The notes below the pieces were generated by a model, which saw nothing but the letters and a program-made list of their open reading frames with translations, was not told where the DNA came from and did not search any database. DNA of 64,000 bases from Harriotta raleighana. Taxonomy: Eukaryota. Below are positions 1 through 11,633 of this stretch, one piece after another; within the stretch, counting starts at the first letter, position 1, and the number at the start of each line of letters is the position of its first letter. The position numbers were made by a program, and so were the translations under genes. The stretch spans positions 3,839,405 through 3,903,404 of the forward strand of contig JBNZDD010013678.1 in the NCBI GenBank assembly GCA_050575255.1, in the 5' to 3' direction.

Positions 1-105
1 AAAACCAACCCCAGTCCGGGTAAAAACCAACCCCAGTCCGGGTAAAAACCAACCCCAGTCCGGGTAAAAACCAACCCCAGTCCGGGTAAAAACAAACCCC
101 AGTCC
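1..105 (+). repeat. 22-bp minisatellite (AAAAACCAACCCCAGTCCGGGT), about 4.8 copies, truncated by the window start; in the HoxD10 intron
   Basis: Units at 1-21, 22-43, 44-65 and 66-87, plus a degenerate unit at 88-105. Confidence 0.95.
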
Positions 106-582
106 ATACAGCAATGCGAAAAGTGGCACAGCTTCCTTTGATTATAAGAACTCCCAGTTGTTCGGAAATTTGCTCAGTAATGCCATGACATTGTTAATGA
201 CATAGTAAATGCCAGTAAACCATTGACAGATGTCAGCTAAACATTGATAGTTTCATCAGCGTTACAGCGTGCCAAATAATACCAAAGTATTACTGTGTAC
301 CTTTCAGTACCATGAATGTGCCGTATATTATATATAAAGATATAGATATAATGTATTTATTATGCGTTCAAGAAAGTGTCGGAGACTCAGTATTATGGGT
401 GTTACTTGTATTTTGGGTTGTAAATGCCTAGTATATTTGCTGATTCGGAAATAACCGAGAGGCCTGGGTTCAGTAATTATTGTCGTTTTCACGGGAATAA
501 TTTATGTTTGATATCTGAACACATATAAAAAGTAATAAAATGTCCTTCCTAAGTCTATGAAGTATTAGTATTATGTAGACAA

Positions 583-705
583 AGAGAGAGAGAGACTGAG
601 CGAGAGGGAGGGAGACAGAGAGACTGAGAGAGAGACTCAGAGAGGGGGGGAGAGAGAGACTGAGAGAGAGACAGAGAGAGAGAGACTGAGAGAGAGAGAC
701 TGAGA
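583..705. repeat. Imperfect (GA)n/GAGACT microsatellite in the HoxD10 intron
   Basis: GA dinucleotide run interrupted by CT and CA. Confidence 0.9.
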
Positions 706-1320
706 AGCATTACTTGAAATCATACATTGCAATTAAGCTGTGTCATAAGGGACAGCGATCATAAGTTTAATGCTCGTAAGATTTACCTCTGGAATTATTG
801 TCAATGCACGTTATTGTCAGTTTGCCTTACCTTCGTTACATTTCGATTTGAAGCCCAAAAGTGACCTGAAACGATAAAAACTGTTGAATATTTCAATCCC
901 AAACTTCACGTTCCGTTCACAAATAAAAACACGATCACAAACGTTTAATTGAATATCTTTTTTTTAAAAAAGTTTATTAACGTTCTGCTTTTACACTCTA
1001 TTTGACCTGATGTGATAATTCGCAAAGAAATGATTCCCGATATTTAGCAAACGGTAAAACAGTATAAAAGTCAACATCTCACACCTTCAAGTTCAGTTTC
1101 CTTTTCTTCTTGGATTTATCGAATGCCCCTTTCTCTTCCCATTCAGCCATCTTGTATTTCTATTGGTTGTGCAAACTTTATTTACCAAGAATGTCACCGA
1201 AACCTATCTTAAATAAGACGCAATCGGGGGGTTCGGCTTTATGTTGCGATTAAATCAGATGAAACTAGATGGAGCGGGTGTCAAACAAATGATTGCTTGT
1301 ATCTGATCTCTTATTGACAG

Positions 1321-1598
1321 AGGAGAACAAGACGACGACTGTGACGAGCAATTGGCTCACGGCGAAGACTGGCAGAAAGAAGAGATGTCCTTACACAAAA
1401 TACCAAACACTGGAATTGGAGAAAGAATTTTTATTCAATATGTATCTGACTCGTGAGCGCCGTCTAGAGATAAGTAAGAGCGTCAATCTGTCCGACCGAC
1501 AAGTCAAGATCTGGTTTCAAAACCGGAGAATGAAGCTGAAGAAAATGAGCAGGGAAAACCGAATCCGAGAACTGACCGCCAACCTAACCTTTTCGTGA
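1321..1598 (+). CDS. HOXD10: HoxD10 exon 2 (homeodomain); exon 1 lies upstream of the window
   Basis: Acceptor ttattgacag ends at 1320, phase 1. Encodes [15 protein letters not shown]...[13 protein letters not shown]...[21 protein letters not shown], the HoxD10-type C-terminus. AATAAA at 2221. Confidence 0.96.
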
Positions 1599-4500
1599 GA
1601 CAATCCAACTTTTGGGAGACGGAATACAACACGTTTAGTGCTGCAGTGGTTTACCGGAGACTGTGGAAATCGTTATGTATTAGACCCACTCTGGGATACA
1701 GTACTGCGGATTACACTGATAATGTCTCTTTCAATGTTGTCTGAACAAAAAAACAGTAGCACGTTTACCTTTAGTCAAGAAATGTGGCTTTTATTTCACA
1801 CCAAAAAGTCGTATTTAACACAGAGTTCATTATTTACTTTGATTTAGTAAGTGGGGTATAAGTTATTCGTGCAATTTGAGGGTGGGTGGGTCAATGGGTG
1901 GGTGGGTGGATGGATGGGGCGAGAGTTTATAGAAATGCACATTTAGCAAAATTATGATTCGTCAAACAGAAAATGTATCTCGTCACCACTGATCAGATGG
2001 TCGTCCCTTTTGCCGATGAGAACAATTAACAGAAGCAATTCTTCTTAATTGTTAATTACAGAGCTTAGACTTTTTTTTTAAAATAGAAAAAAAAATCCCT
2101 TATACAATCATAGCGGTCAGATCATTGGGTTTGTGAAGGTACATTTCTGGAGTATGTGATGGAATAGCAATGCTAAATTTCATGTGTATTTATGTGCATG
2201 TGTCTGTTGCACGTATATATAATAAATCCTAAATTATATTTCAATTTCTTCAAGCCGTTTTACAACTTGAGAAATGTAAGCTAATAGCCATACACGCGTT
2301 GTTTTATTTCCTAAACTATCTGTGCGCAATGCAGTCAAGATGATTTAACAGTAGATAAATTCAAAGACAATTTGAATACAATTCATGAATGACGAATAGA
2401 TAAAATGTAACAGTTTGTGCTGAAAGATTAATTCACTTTGCTTCTCCAACACTTCTGAACAATGCCTCGCGCCTTTGGGCGAATCGAGTCAATGCATTAA
2501 ATAGACAGCGAAGTTTCATCAAAAATCAGTTGATTTTTTTTACATAAAACTCAAACCTGAAAGAATTTACGCCGAAAGAATATTGCTTGGTACAGGAAAC
2601 CGAAACTATAAATTCTCACAGTTATTTCTTAAATTATTTATTGACACAGGATAGTTCTGGTTATATAAAACAAGAATATATCGTTTTGGCTCCTTGATAG
2701 TCGGCTAGGTCGTAATTTTCTGGCTACGTTTTGGAGATATACTGGGGATCCCCTTTGCCTACTTAGGGCATATAATAGGATTCATAAAATATTGTAGAAT
2801 TAGATTTTTTAAAAAGCTTTTCACAGGATTCAAACAATTTATGGGCTATCCAAAGTAAGGATTCGAATGTGTAAAACTAAAACGGCCATATAAATTATCA
2901 CGGATATTAAACATAGGCCCTTACCATGGCTGAAAAACAATTCTAAAGTATCGTATTTAGATTATTTCTGCATTTAGGATTGATGTTTTAACCACAACTC
3001 CAAACCACTTTTATCATTCAGTACTTGAGGGTACTCGACATCTGTGACATGTGTGAAACTGCTATTTTCTAACGTGTTCAGCGTAAATAACAATTACTGT
3101 GCCCGCATACTTATGATCGGGTTTGAAGCGATGCAATTGCATATTGCATATTCCATCATATCCAAGTGTTTCACAAATTCTGGTTCTCTTCAGGGTCAAA
3201 CCTAATGTGTTCAATGACCGTTTCTTTAAAGGAGTGTCCGGCTGTCCCTTGTAAATGTCAGCCAGGCTAATAAAAAGAAATAATTTTAGTAACGCGATTA
3301 GGTCATGGGTATTTACACGAATATTTTTAGCTCACAAGGTGACCGATTTTGCATAGTTTGGTGATTTTTCTTGAAAGAGCATTAATTAATGCGAGATTCT
3401 TCATTGGGAGTCCAGTAGACACAAAAACAAATTGAACAATCGTACGGGCAGAATGTATAGAAGGAGGCCACCGAATGACGGTACAGTTCACTAAGTCCTT
3501 TTAGAGTGGAATATAATTAGTCGAGTGAATATTCGAAGTGACCATTTTTCACATATGTATTTATGAAGACATTTTATTGGGAAAACAAAAATCCCCAGAA
3601 ACCCTAATTGTTGTCCACGAATTCCGAAGTTGAATCGAAGTAAAGAAAATAAATCTCAGTGGCTCAGATATCTCTAAACAAAATATTTAAACCTCCAAAT
3701 ATAAGATGGTCCATAATAAAACATTTCCGGACGCTTTAAACTTAGCTATTAATGTCGCTCAATGGATTTCAGGCATTAGAAAAATACAAATGTCACCAGT
3801 TAATTAAGGGATTATTACATATAAATTAGGACTGAAGTTGTATTCCAAGTCTGTCGTGTTTATGTGGGTAGTTTTGAGAAAGATAGTACTATAGATATTA
3901 GATATTATAATTAAGTTAGAGAAAATCATTGCATATTCAGAAAAAAAGCAAACATGGGATTCAAACTAAATAAAACTCAGCAAATTGAGCCGAAGATTAA
4001 ATTATAGACAATCGTAGTTTTAGACTCTCTGCACATTGTAGACCGAAGCTTTGCGGGGCACGTTTACACCAACATTTGTTCCAAAATATATTCCAAGTAA
4101 ATTATATTTTGTATTGAATAACACTTGATTTTTCTCGGTTTACTCTTAACAAGAGATCAGAAAAATGCAATGAGGTTCCAAAGGCTTTGCAAAGATCCTT
4201 TTTTGAACAGTAAATTGATAAGTCTGGTTCGACGTCTAAAAAAACTTTAAAACTTGATTTATTTTGCTAACAGTTATATATATTTTAAAAATGCCGCTTT
4301 AGTATAAACATGTTCATCGAATACATTTTTAATAATATTATTCTGCCTGTGTGATTCAACATATACGCAACATTTGATGTTTCCCCCCCAGTGGAGCATA
4401 GGGGTCAAATTCCTCTGGTCAGTAACTTTATAGATGAGTGAAAATGTACAACCGGAACGCTTCAACATTGATCTGCATTCATCAACTTGCAAAGTAGAAA

Positions 4501-6829
4501 TATTTATTTTGAGTTGGTTAAGGTTTTATACCAACATTAGCGTTGCTGGTACAGTCTGCATTTTGTCTTATTAGAAAAGAAAGGTTTGTCTTTGTACATC
4601 AATGCGTTGCAAAATGGCAGCAAATGTGACCAATATAATCGGGGGGATGTTCCATGTATTGATACTGTAAACTTTATCAACATGGTCTTGAAATAGAATG
4701 AAATTTGATATCTTTGTTTTTAAAAAAACCTTTCGAAGACAAAACATTTATTCCTCAATCCGCGCGTTTTACTGTGTATAGAATCCGCATCGAGGGTTTA
4801 TCTATCTTTCATTAATGCACTTAACTACCAAAAAGAAGAAGAAAATATCTTGTTGTGAAATAACGTTGAACAAATTAACGAAACCTGAGGCTTTAAGAAA
4901 GACGACCGATCAAACTCATGCTAAATGTAAAGCGTTCGTGAACTTGTCCTTTGTCTAATTAACCTACAATCACTTGAAGTATTTTGTGATCTTAAATATA
5001 GCGGAAAATGAAAGTAAGTTGGTCACATACGAACATGTTTGGGTGCTTAATGGTTAAATATTGTTTAATAAATTGTCTTTAATGCACAAGTAAATGCAGC
5101 TAATTGAGACAATGGTACATAACTGTACATACTGGATGTGAAATTCATCTGAATGTATTTTTTACGTGTGTTTGATCCGGCTCAGTTGATATTAGATTCT
5201 GCCGTTTAACTCTTCAATCAAACGACTAGCTTTTCGTGTTATAAACAATAAATTAGAGGTAATAATCCCTCTACCACGAGGGAACAGAGAGAGCGAGAGC
5301 GTGTGAGGTGGGGCTGTGATAGAGAGTGGGTCAAATGTGAGCAATTTTAGTTGAAATTAAGTTTGCGTTATGGAGCGATTGTGTTCCATTCAGTTATCAC
5401 CAATAACACGTCAGGGTGAATGCCAAGATGACTGTGTCGTACTTGACCATTGAATAATAAAGAAAATCATTTTTTGGGGAGGGTTGGAGGGGGGGGGATA
5501 GGGGGTGCTGGTGGGGGGAAATCGATCAAATAAAAGACTGAATTGATGAATACAGTTCAGACCGCGTAATCTAACTTATCCCCTTCATTACAAACGAAGT
5601 TTGCCCCGCTGATCTTTGTGGTGGACAGAGGATAACACTGACTGAACGTGTTAACTGAAGGAACACTCAGCCTCTGGAGCTATTTAATGGCTTTCATGTG
5701 AGAGAGAGGGAGAGAGAGTGTGTGTGTGGGGGAGTGGGGTGGTTGAGGGGGGGGGGGTGGGGGGTGGAAAGCACTCAATCTGCTCGACTTTTATTCAAAG
5801 ACTTCTCTGCAATCCCTCCATTGTATACGAAAAGCTATGGTACTGAAATGTGCCACTGGAGCTGATAGTGCATTTACATTCTGAGCAGCAATTTGAGGTC
5901 TTCTCTCTTGGACACAATGCTACACTCAAATCTCGCGAAAACCGTGTTACGGGGGGGTGGGGGGGACACACACCAAATTAGTTTTCACATGGAGTGAGCA
6001 CTTGTAGCTTTGTGGGAACCTTTAGTTGGTTAAACCTACTTTACTCCACTAAAAGAGGCCTGTTTTATTAAAGACACATTAATGTAGAATCAAATGCACC
6101 TCATAAAATTTTTATTGATAGACATAAAAACATTTATGGTGGCTTCTGAGTACTGGCTATAAAGCGGCGAGGAACACTTTGCTCCGAAATGTGGTTATAT
6201 TTGAAACAAATTAAAATATTAGGCTACCCTTCAAAAAGGGGAAAATAAAATCGGTACAGGCGGGTATTCAAGGTATAAAAAATCGCAGCCCATCGATCAG
6301 TTTATATCACGTTATTTTACTTCCTTTATATTTCTATTTTATTTCCTGACCAGTAATAGACACACCAACATACCTCGAAGGTGTTTTTTCTCTCTCTCTT
6401 GATGCTTTATTACTTCTAAACTAACAGATATTCACTCTTGACATAGATCATGGACTTATTGCATTGCACTGCCTTGCTGATTATGAAACGAGTGACAGAC
6501 ATTAATTGGGTTGCAGGGAGAAAAATAGTCCCCATTGCTTTCTCCACAACCTTATTTTCAACTGCACTTTGGAGAGCTCGCAAATTCTGTCTGCCACCGA
6601 TTTTTTTTTGGTTCCCTCTCCCTCCCTCCCTCCCCCTTCCTCCTAACCCTTCACGCCCCCCCACCCCCGCCCCCCCCCTATCCACCCCCACCCACCTCCA
6701 CAGCCCACCCTTCACCCAAACCCGATAGATTGAAACGAGATTCCCCCCCACCCCACCTCCCCCCTAACCCCCACCCCCCTCCCTCAGACTCCTTCCTGTT
6801 AGTAGTATTTTTCTAAACTCTTTTCTCAG

Positions 6830-6945
6830 GCTGGCCTGACACGGTTTTTTTGTGGTTTGCATTGATGAGCGGATTGATTTACTCACTGTATTGGTAAATA
6901 CAATCACGTGAAGCCCACAACCAATAGCGGCAGCTGCAGTCGGCA
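6830..6945 (+). promoter_or_regulatory. HoxD9 proximal promoter (ATTGG, CACGTG E-box, CCAAT)
   Basis: tATTGGtaaatacaatCACGTGaagcccacaaCCAATagc about 110-145 bp upstream of the ATG; typical Hox9 promoter layout. Confidence 0.7.
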
Positions 6946-7037
6946 AAAAAAAAATACTATGATTGTTCTGAGAGAAGGTATCAGATACACTTTTTTTTCC
7001 CAGTGTAACCTTTTCTATGAATGCGAGAGTAGCTAAA

Positions 7038-7596
7038 ATGTCGACCGGTGGTACCATAGGCAGTTACTATATGGATTCCCTGATAGGACAGGAGGCAGAG
7101 GAGTTGTACGCCGGCAGATATCCCACCCAGGCAACACACAACCCAGCTTCAAGGCCATCAGGTGCAGTGGACAGTTCTGATTTCTCTTCCTGTAGCTTTG
7201 CTCCCAAATCAGCGGTGTTTTCCTCCTCCTGGTCCCCCGTCCATCCCCAATCCTCTGCCGCAGTGGCCGGGATCTATCACCCTTATATGCACCAGTCGCA
7301 CCTGGCAACTGCGGACTCCAGATACGTGCGTTCCTGGTTGGATCCCATCTCGGCTCCGGTCCCTTTCCCCGGTTTCCATTCCAACGGGCGGCATTACGGG
7401 ATCAAGCCGGAAACTTTGTCAGCCAAGAGGACTGAGTGTTCTTCGTACGAGCTGCAAGCCCTGAGCCTACCGGAGTTTACTTGCGGCTCGTACTCAGAGG
7501 GCAGAGAGAAACTCTCCAGGAATCTTTGCTGCACCAGCTCCGAGATTACCAGCCACAGTGAGCCCAAGGAGGAGAAAGAACAGCAACTTGACCCAA
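7038..7596 (+). CDS. HOXD9: HoxD9 exon 1
   Basis: MSTGGTIGSYYMDSLI...DFSSCSFAPKSAVFSSSW...RYVRSWL...YGIKPE are Hox9 motifs. Donor CCAA|gtaagt, phase 1. An alternative in-frame ATG lies at 7017. Confidence 0.93.
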
Positions 7597-8268
7597 GTAA
7601 GTACAAAAAAATTGCAGCTTGATTTACAACCCAAACCTGGAGCCCCGAGTCGCAAAGCTGATGGTTTTACAAACCTATAAAAATGTCTAGACGCCTTATC
7701 CCAGGTCTGAGAAGCCACAGCCACAGCTGTAAAGCGGTTATATTGTTTGCCCACAACTCACCGTTTTTTTTTCATACACACACACACACACACACACACT
7801 CACAAAGTTGTTTCTGATCAAATTACGATGCGTTATTTTCTAGTTTCAATGAATTTTTTTTTGGTGGGGGTTGGGTGGGGGATTTTGTTTTGGAAGAAAA
7901 ACATTTGATATAGAAAGAAAAGCACTTTTTCTTACGGTCGTCCCCACCCCCCCATTTAAACTTCGGTCATTATATTAAACAGTCTTTGGTGACTTTTTAA
8001 AAAAAAAATCTCTTTAAATAGCATCTCTCTCTTCAAGATAGGTCCTAATATTGCCACTGATAGTCGCTTCTGTTGATTAATGTGTGAAACTGACGTGAAT
8101 TTGATGACTGCAAATTTGAAAAGGAATTTTGCTGCTTTAGAATATTTTATTGACAGATGAGATTTTTTTCTTTGACAAACAAGTGGACTTCCAGGGGGAG
8201 GGGGTGAGGGTGTGGGTGGGGGTGGAGGTGGGGGTGGGGTGTGTGGGAGGGGGGGGGGGGGGGAGAAA

Positions 8269-8277
8269 NNNNNNNNN
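8269..8277. other. Assembly gap (9 N) in the HoxD9 intron
   Basis: Run of N following a G-rich tract. Confidence 0.99.
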
Positions 8278-8323
8278 AGAGAAATTTAAACAAATAATAT
8301 TCCTTTTTTCAATTCCCTTCTAG

Positions 8324-8565
8324 ACAACCCTTCAGCAAATTGGATCCATGCTCGCTCCACCAGGAAGAAACGCTGCCCTTACACAAAATACCAGACGCTT
8401 GAATTGGAAAAGGAGTTTTTATTTAACATGTATCTGACCAGGGACCGCCGTTATGAAGTAGCTAGAATCTTGAATCTCACAGAGCGTCAGGTAAAGATAT
8501 GGTTTCAAAACAGAAGAATGAAAATGAAAAAGATGAACAAAGAGCGGAATAATAAAACTCCTTAG
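8324..8565 (+). CDS. HOXD9: HoxD9 exon 2 (homeodomain); absent from the ORF track
   Basis: Acceptor cccttctag ends at 8323. Translates (N)[79 protein letters not shown]; ARILNLT is HoxD9-like. Confidence 0.96.
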
Positions 8566-9123
8566 AGATCGTGTCCATTTCTTTAGTGGTGGTTCGGGAA
8601 AGAGAAACCTTCCAAGCAGACTATGTAAATGTGTTTTATCTAGTGGAGGCTGGCCTATTCAAACGCACGGTGTGTTTTCCGGTGTTGTATTTAAATCACT
8701 GCCTTCTAGAGACTATCCCTGATCTGCTGCTGCTGGGTAACGTTAAACTGATCCTAAATTGATGTCAGCAAGTTGGTCTTACCACGTTAAAAACTTTAAC
8801 AAAGTTATTAAAGTATACTTGTTTTGTATAGGAAATTAAAAAAAACTTGCCTGTTTGTGAACATTTTGTTTAGTTGTGCAACTTGTAATGCCATGGAATA
8901 ACGTTTCTGCTGTAGTGTATTGTTTAGAGATCATAAACGTTTGGAAATGTGACAATTTGTGCACCCCATTCCTGTCGTTTTATTCCGTTTCTATTCATTC
9001 AATTCCGTGGAATCGAACAACACAGTCGATGGCTTTATCCCAAGGCAGTGATCAGCCAACAGGATGATAGATACAACTGTGTTGACAAAGAAAGTCAGCC
9101 CCAACGCATTATTTATTTTACCT

Positions 9124-9158
<35 letters not shown>

Positions 9159-10617
9159 ACCCCCAGCAAAATTAAACAGCTTCATACAATCTCAAGGAGA
9201 ACATATATTTGTCGAATAAAATAACTGCACAGAATCGCTGACATTTCAACCGGTCGGCACAGGTACATGGAAACGGATTTAAATCAGGAATGTTCGAAAA
9301 TGTACTGAAGTGTCTTTCTTTTTCGTGAGTTTGGGACAGTGTAAAACAAGTATATTTAGTCACTGTTAATTGGCTAAAACGTAGTTTAAGGTCGTGCTCT
9401 TTTCGCCGATTCGAATAACGTTCCGAAGAGACGATTTACACGTGGACTATCATATAAGTCAAAAAGGATGTAATTAATGTATTTTTAGATGCAAGAAAAA
9501 AAAGAACTAACGTCACAGTAGTTTTGAACTTACTCACCAACTACTCCACGGTATTTAACACCCACCACAGCCGTAACTGTAAAACTTATTCTATGCTGTA
9601 AAACACGAAATACTATAATTAAAAACAGAAAATGCCACACATGTAGCAGCCGATATACAGTGTGAACGTCACTTTTGCTCGTTGTGATACCAACAATAAA
9701 AAGTTCATAAACGATTCCGTTTCTGTGCTACTGTAACAGGCGGGGAAAGATTCAGCAAACGCAGTTTGAATTTCAATTAAACACGGTTTTAGGCAGAGTT
9801 ACCAAGGCTGTGTGTACGGATGAAACGCAGAGGCGGAATTAACTTCTGCTTTTCATTTGGTTCGGGAAAGGATCAGAGAAACTCTTAAGGCAAATAGTAA
9901 CAGGAGATATATGGAAATTCGTTCAGTGAACTGATCAACACGTTATTTCACCGTGGAAATTAATTAATTTTAATGATTATATCTAGAATAATTCGAGATT
10001 GTTCATTAACAAGCCCATAGGCGGGATTTCAGCTGCAAGATGACGTTTTAGAGTTAATACCGATCCAACAACCGGATTATTAATCACGATTTAAAAAAAA
10101 AGTGTTCCTTATACACCAAGACGAGTTAGCTTCAGCCTCCAAACAATTGAAGTTGTCTGCCTTATAAGTAGGCCAATGTGAGTACTGTGCTATAAGGCGG
10201 GACGTGTTTATTTCCGATCAATCACTGACTGTTATTCTATTATTTACACTATTTACCAATATCTGACTAAATGACACATTGGAATGATGCCCAGCTGCAA
10301 ATGTATTTAGTGGACTCATCACAGCCCATGCACTGGTGTTAAAAAGTATTTGCATGGGAGCCATAAAGCACTGAGTAGAGATTGGTGGGTTGCCTTGCAC
10401 ATAAAACACCATATAGCCCACAAGCGACTGAATGTTATTTCACATGACTATCACGTTGCCACCTTAGATGGAAGACAATGCTATGGAGTCGTAAACCCCG
10501 AAACTTCTTGCATCTTCACTAAATAAGTTCCAGTAAAACTTTAAAGCGTTGAGAAGGTGTTCAATTGCAACGCCATCTATTGTCACAATTCCACAAATAC
10601 TACTTTAAAACAGGAAG

Positions 10618-10680
10618 GAACGGGGTACAATAAACCCCCCCAACTGGCTAGACGTCTGACCTTAATGGCTTTATGGGTTT
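10618..10680 (+). promoter_or_regulatory. Hoxc8-early-enhancer-like element about 4.9 kb upstream of HoxD8
   Basis: CTGGCTAGACGTCTGACCTTAATGGCTTTATGG resembles the recalled 3' core of the mouse Hoxc8 early enhancer (CTGGCTAGACGTCTGGGCTTAATTGTTTTATGG); contains a TTAAT Hox site and a TTTATGG Cdx site. Confidence 0.65.
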
Positions 10681-11614
10681 CTTCGTGCAATTACGGGCTT
10701 CTTTGAAACCAGCTAATTCACATGTTATTGTCTGTTGGTGACAAACAAAATTGCAGACACTGGTTAAAAGCAGAGAAAACAATTAATTCTTCTCTTGTCA
10801 CTGGAATTCAAGCCATCGAGTCAAAGAGTTGTCTCTTCCCGAGCACATTTATACACATTATATATATTATATATTATACATATTATACTTTCCACGTAAC
10901 GCAACTTTATGCAAAGTAGATTAATATAATATCATCATTTAATAATAAACTACGACCAATATGGTTTTATTGATGAGCTGGAACGACATTTGATTGGAAG
11001 AAATTGAAACAAAACTATAAAACGTGAACGATTCTTGATGAAAGGTAATATTTAAAGCCTTAATCTACCCTTTCGTTTCAGGTGCAGATCAACCTGCTGT
11101 GGATTTCCGGAAATTTATTTCTTATCATTTATTGGCAATTTAGAATACTCGCTGAAAGATACTTGAAGCTACTCCAAAGATTACTGTGACATCGGGAATA
11201 AATAGCATCTCATGTTACTATCCAGCAATTAAATAAAATTTGGCAAATGGAGAACGCCCAATGGTATAACACTGTCAAAGCACTTAGTTTGTTTTCCTCT
11301 CTATCTCCGTCTGTGTTTCTTTCTTCGCCCGAAGACTTGAGTGGAACAAACTGTGTTAGTAACGTTCAATTGTGCTATAAATTCTCATATTTCTCGAGTA
11401 TCTAGGTTTGGTATGTTGATTTTCTACACCCAATTCAAATAAACTAGCGCACGGATATGCAGTATATCAGACCAATTTATTTATCGTTTTCGGCAAATAT
11501 TTTATTTAATATATATTGACATTCGGCTGTGTTTCGTCAATGATTCTATCATGTTTCTATGCAAACCTGAACCCAAAACAGCCCATGTTCTGGACATACA
11601 ATAGTACATAGCAC

Positions 11615-11633
11615 TGTCCACTGGAGGGAGCTG
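11615..11633 (+). promoter_or_regulatory. Candidate CTCF site between HoxD9 and HoxD8
   Basis: TGTCCACTGGAGGGAGCTG is close to the CTCF core CCASYAGRKGGCRS. Confidence 0.55.

Noticed and set aside
1599-2226. miR-10 seed site in the HoxD10 3'UTR, as described in mammals
   Set aside because: No CAGGGT seen by eye; ACAGAGT near 1820 has a seed mismatch.
3865-3885. GGGTAGTTTT as a miR-196 relic between Hox10 and Hox9
   Set aside because: Only about 9 nt match and no hairpin partner; consistent with HoxD lacking miR-196.
6416-6816. Pro/Gly-rich ORFs upstream of HoxD9
   Set aside because: Products of C-rich low-complexity sequence with no protein motifs.
9126-9164. Long poly-C/poly-G tracts (also near 51184-51215 and 53087-53122) as G-quadruplex elements
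   Set aside because: Homopolymer lengths are unreliable, two tracts end in N, and nothing supports function.
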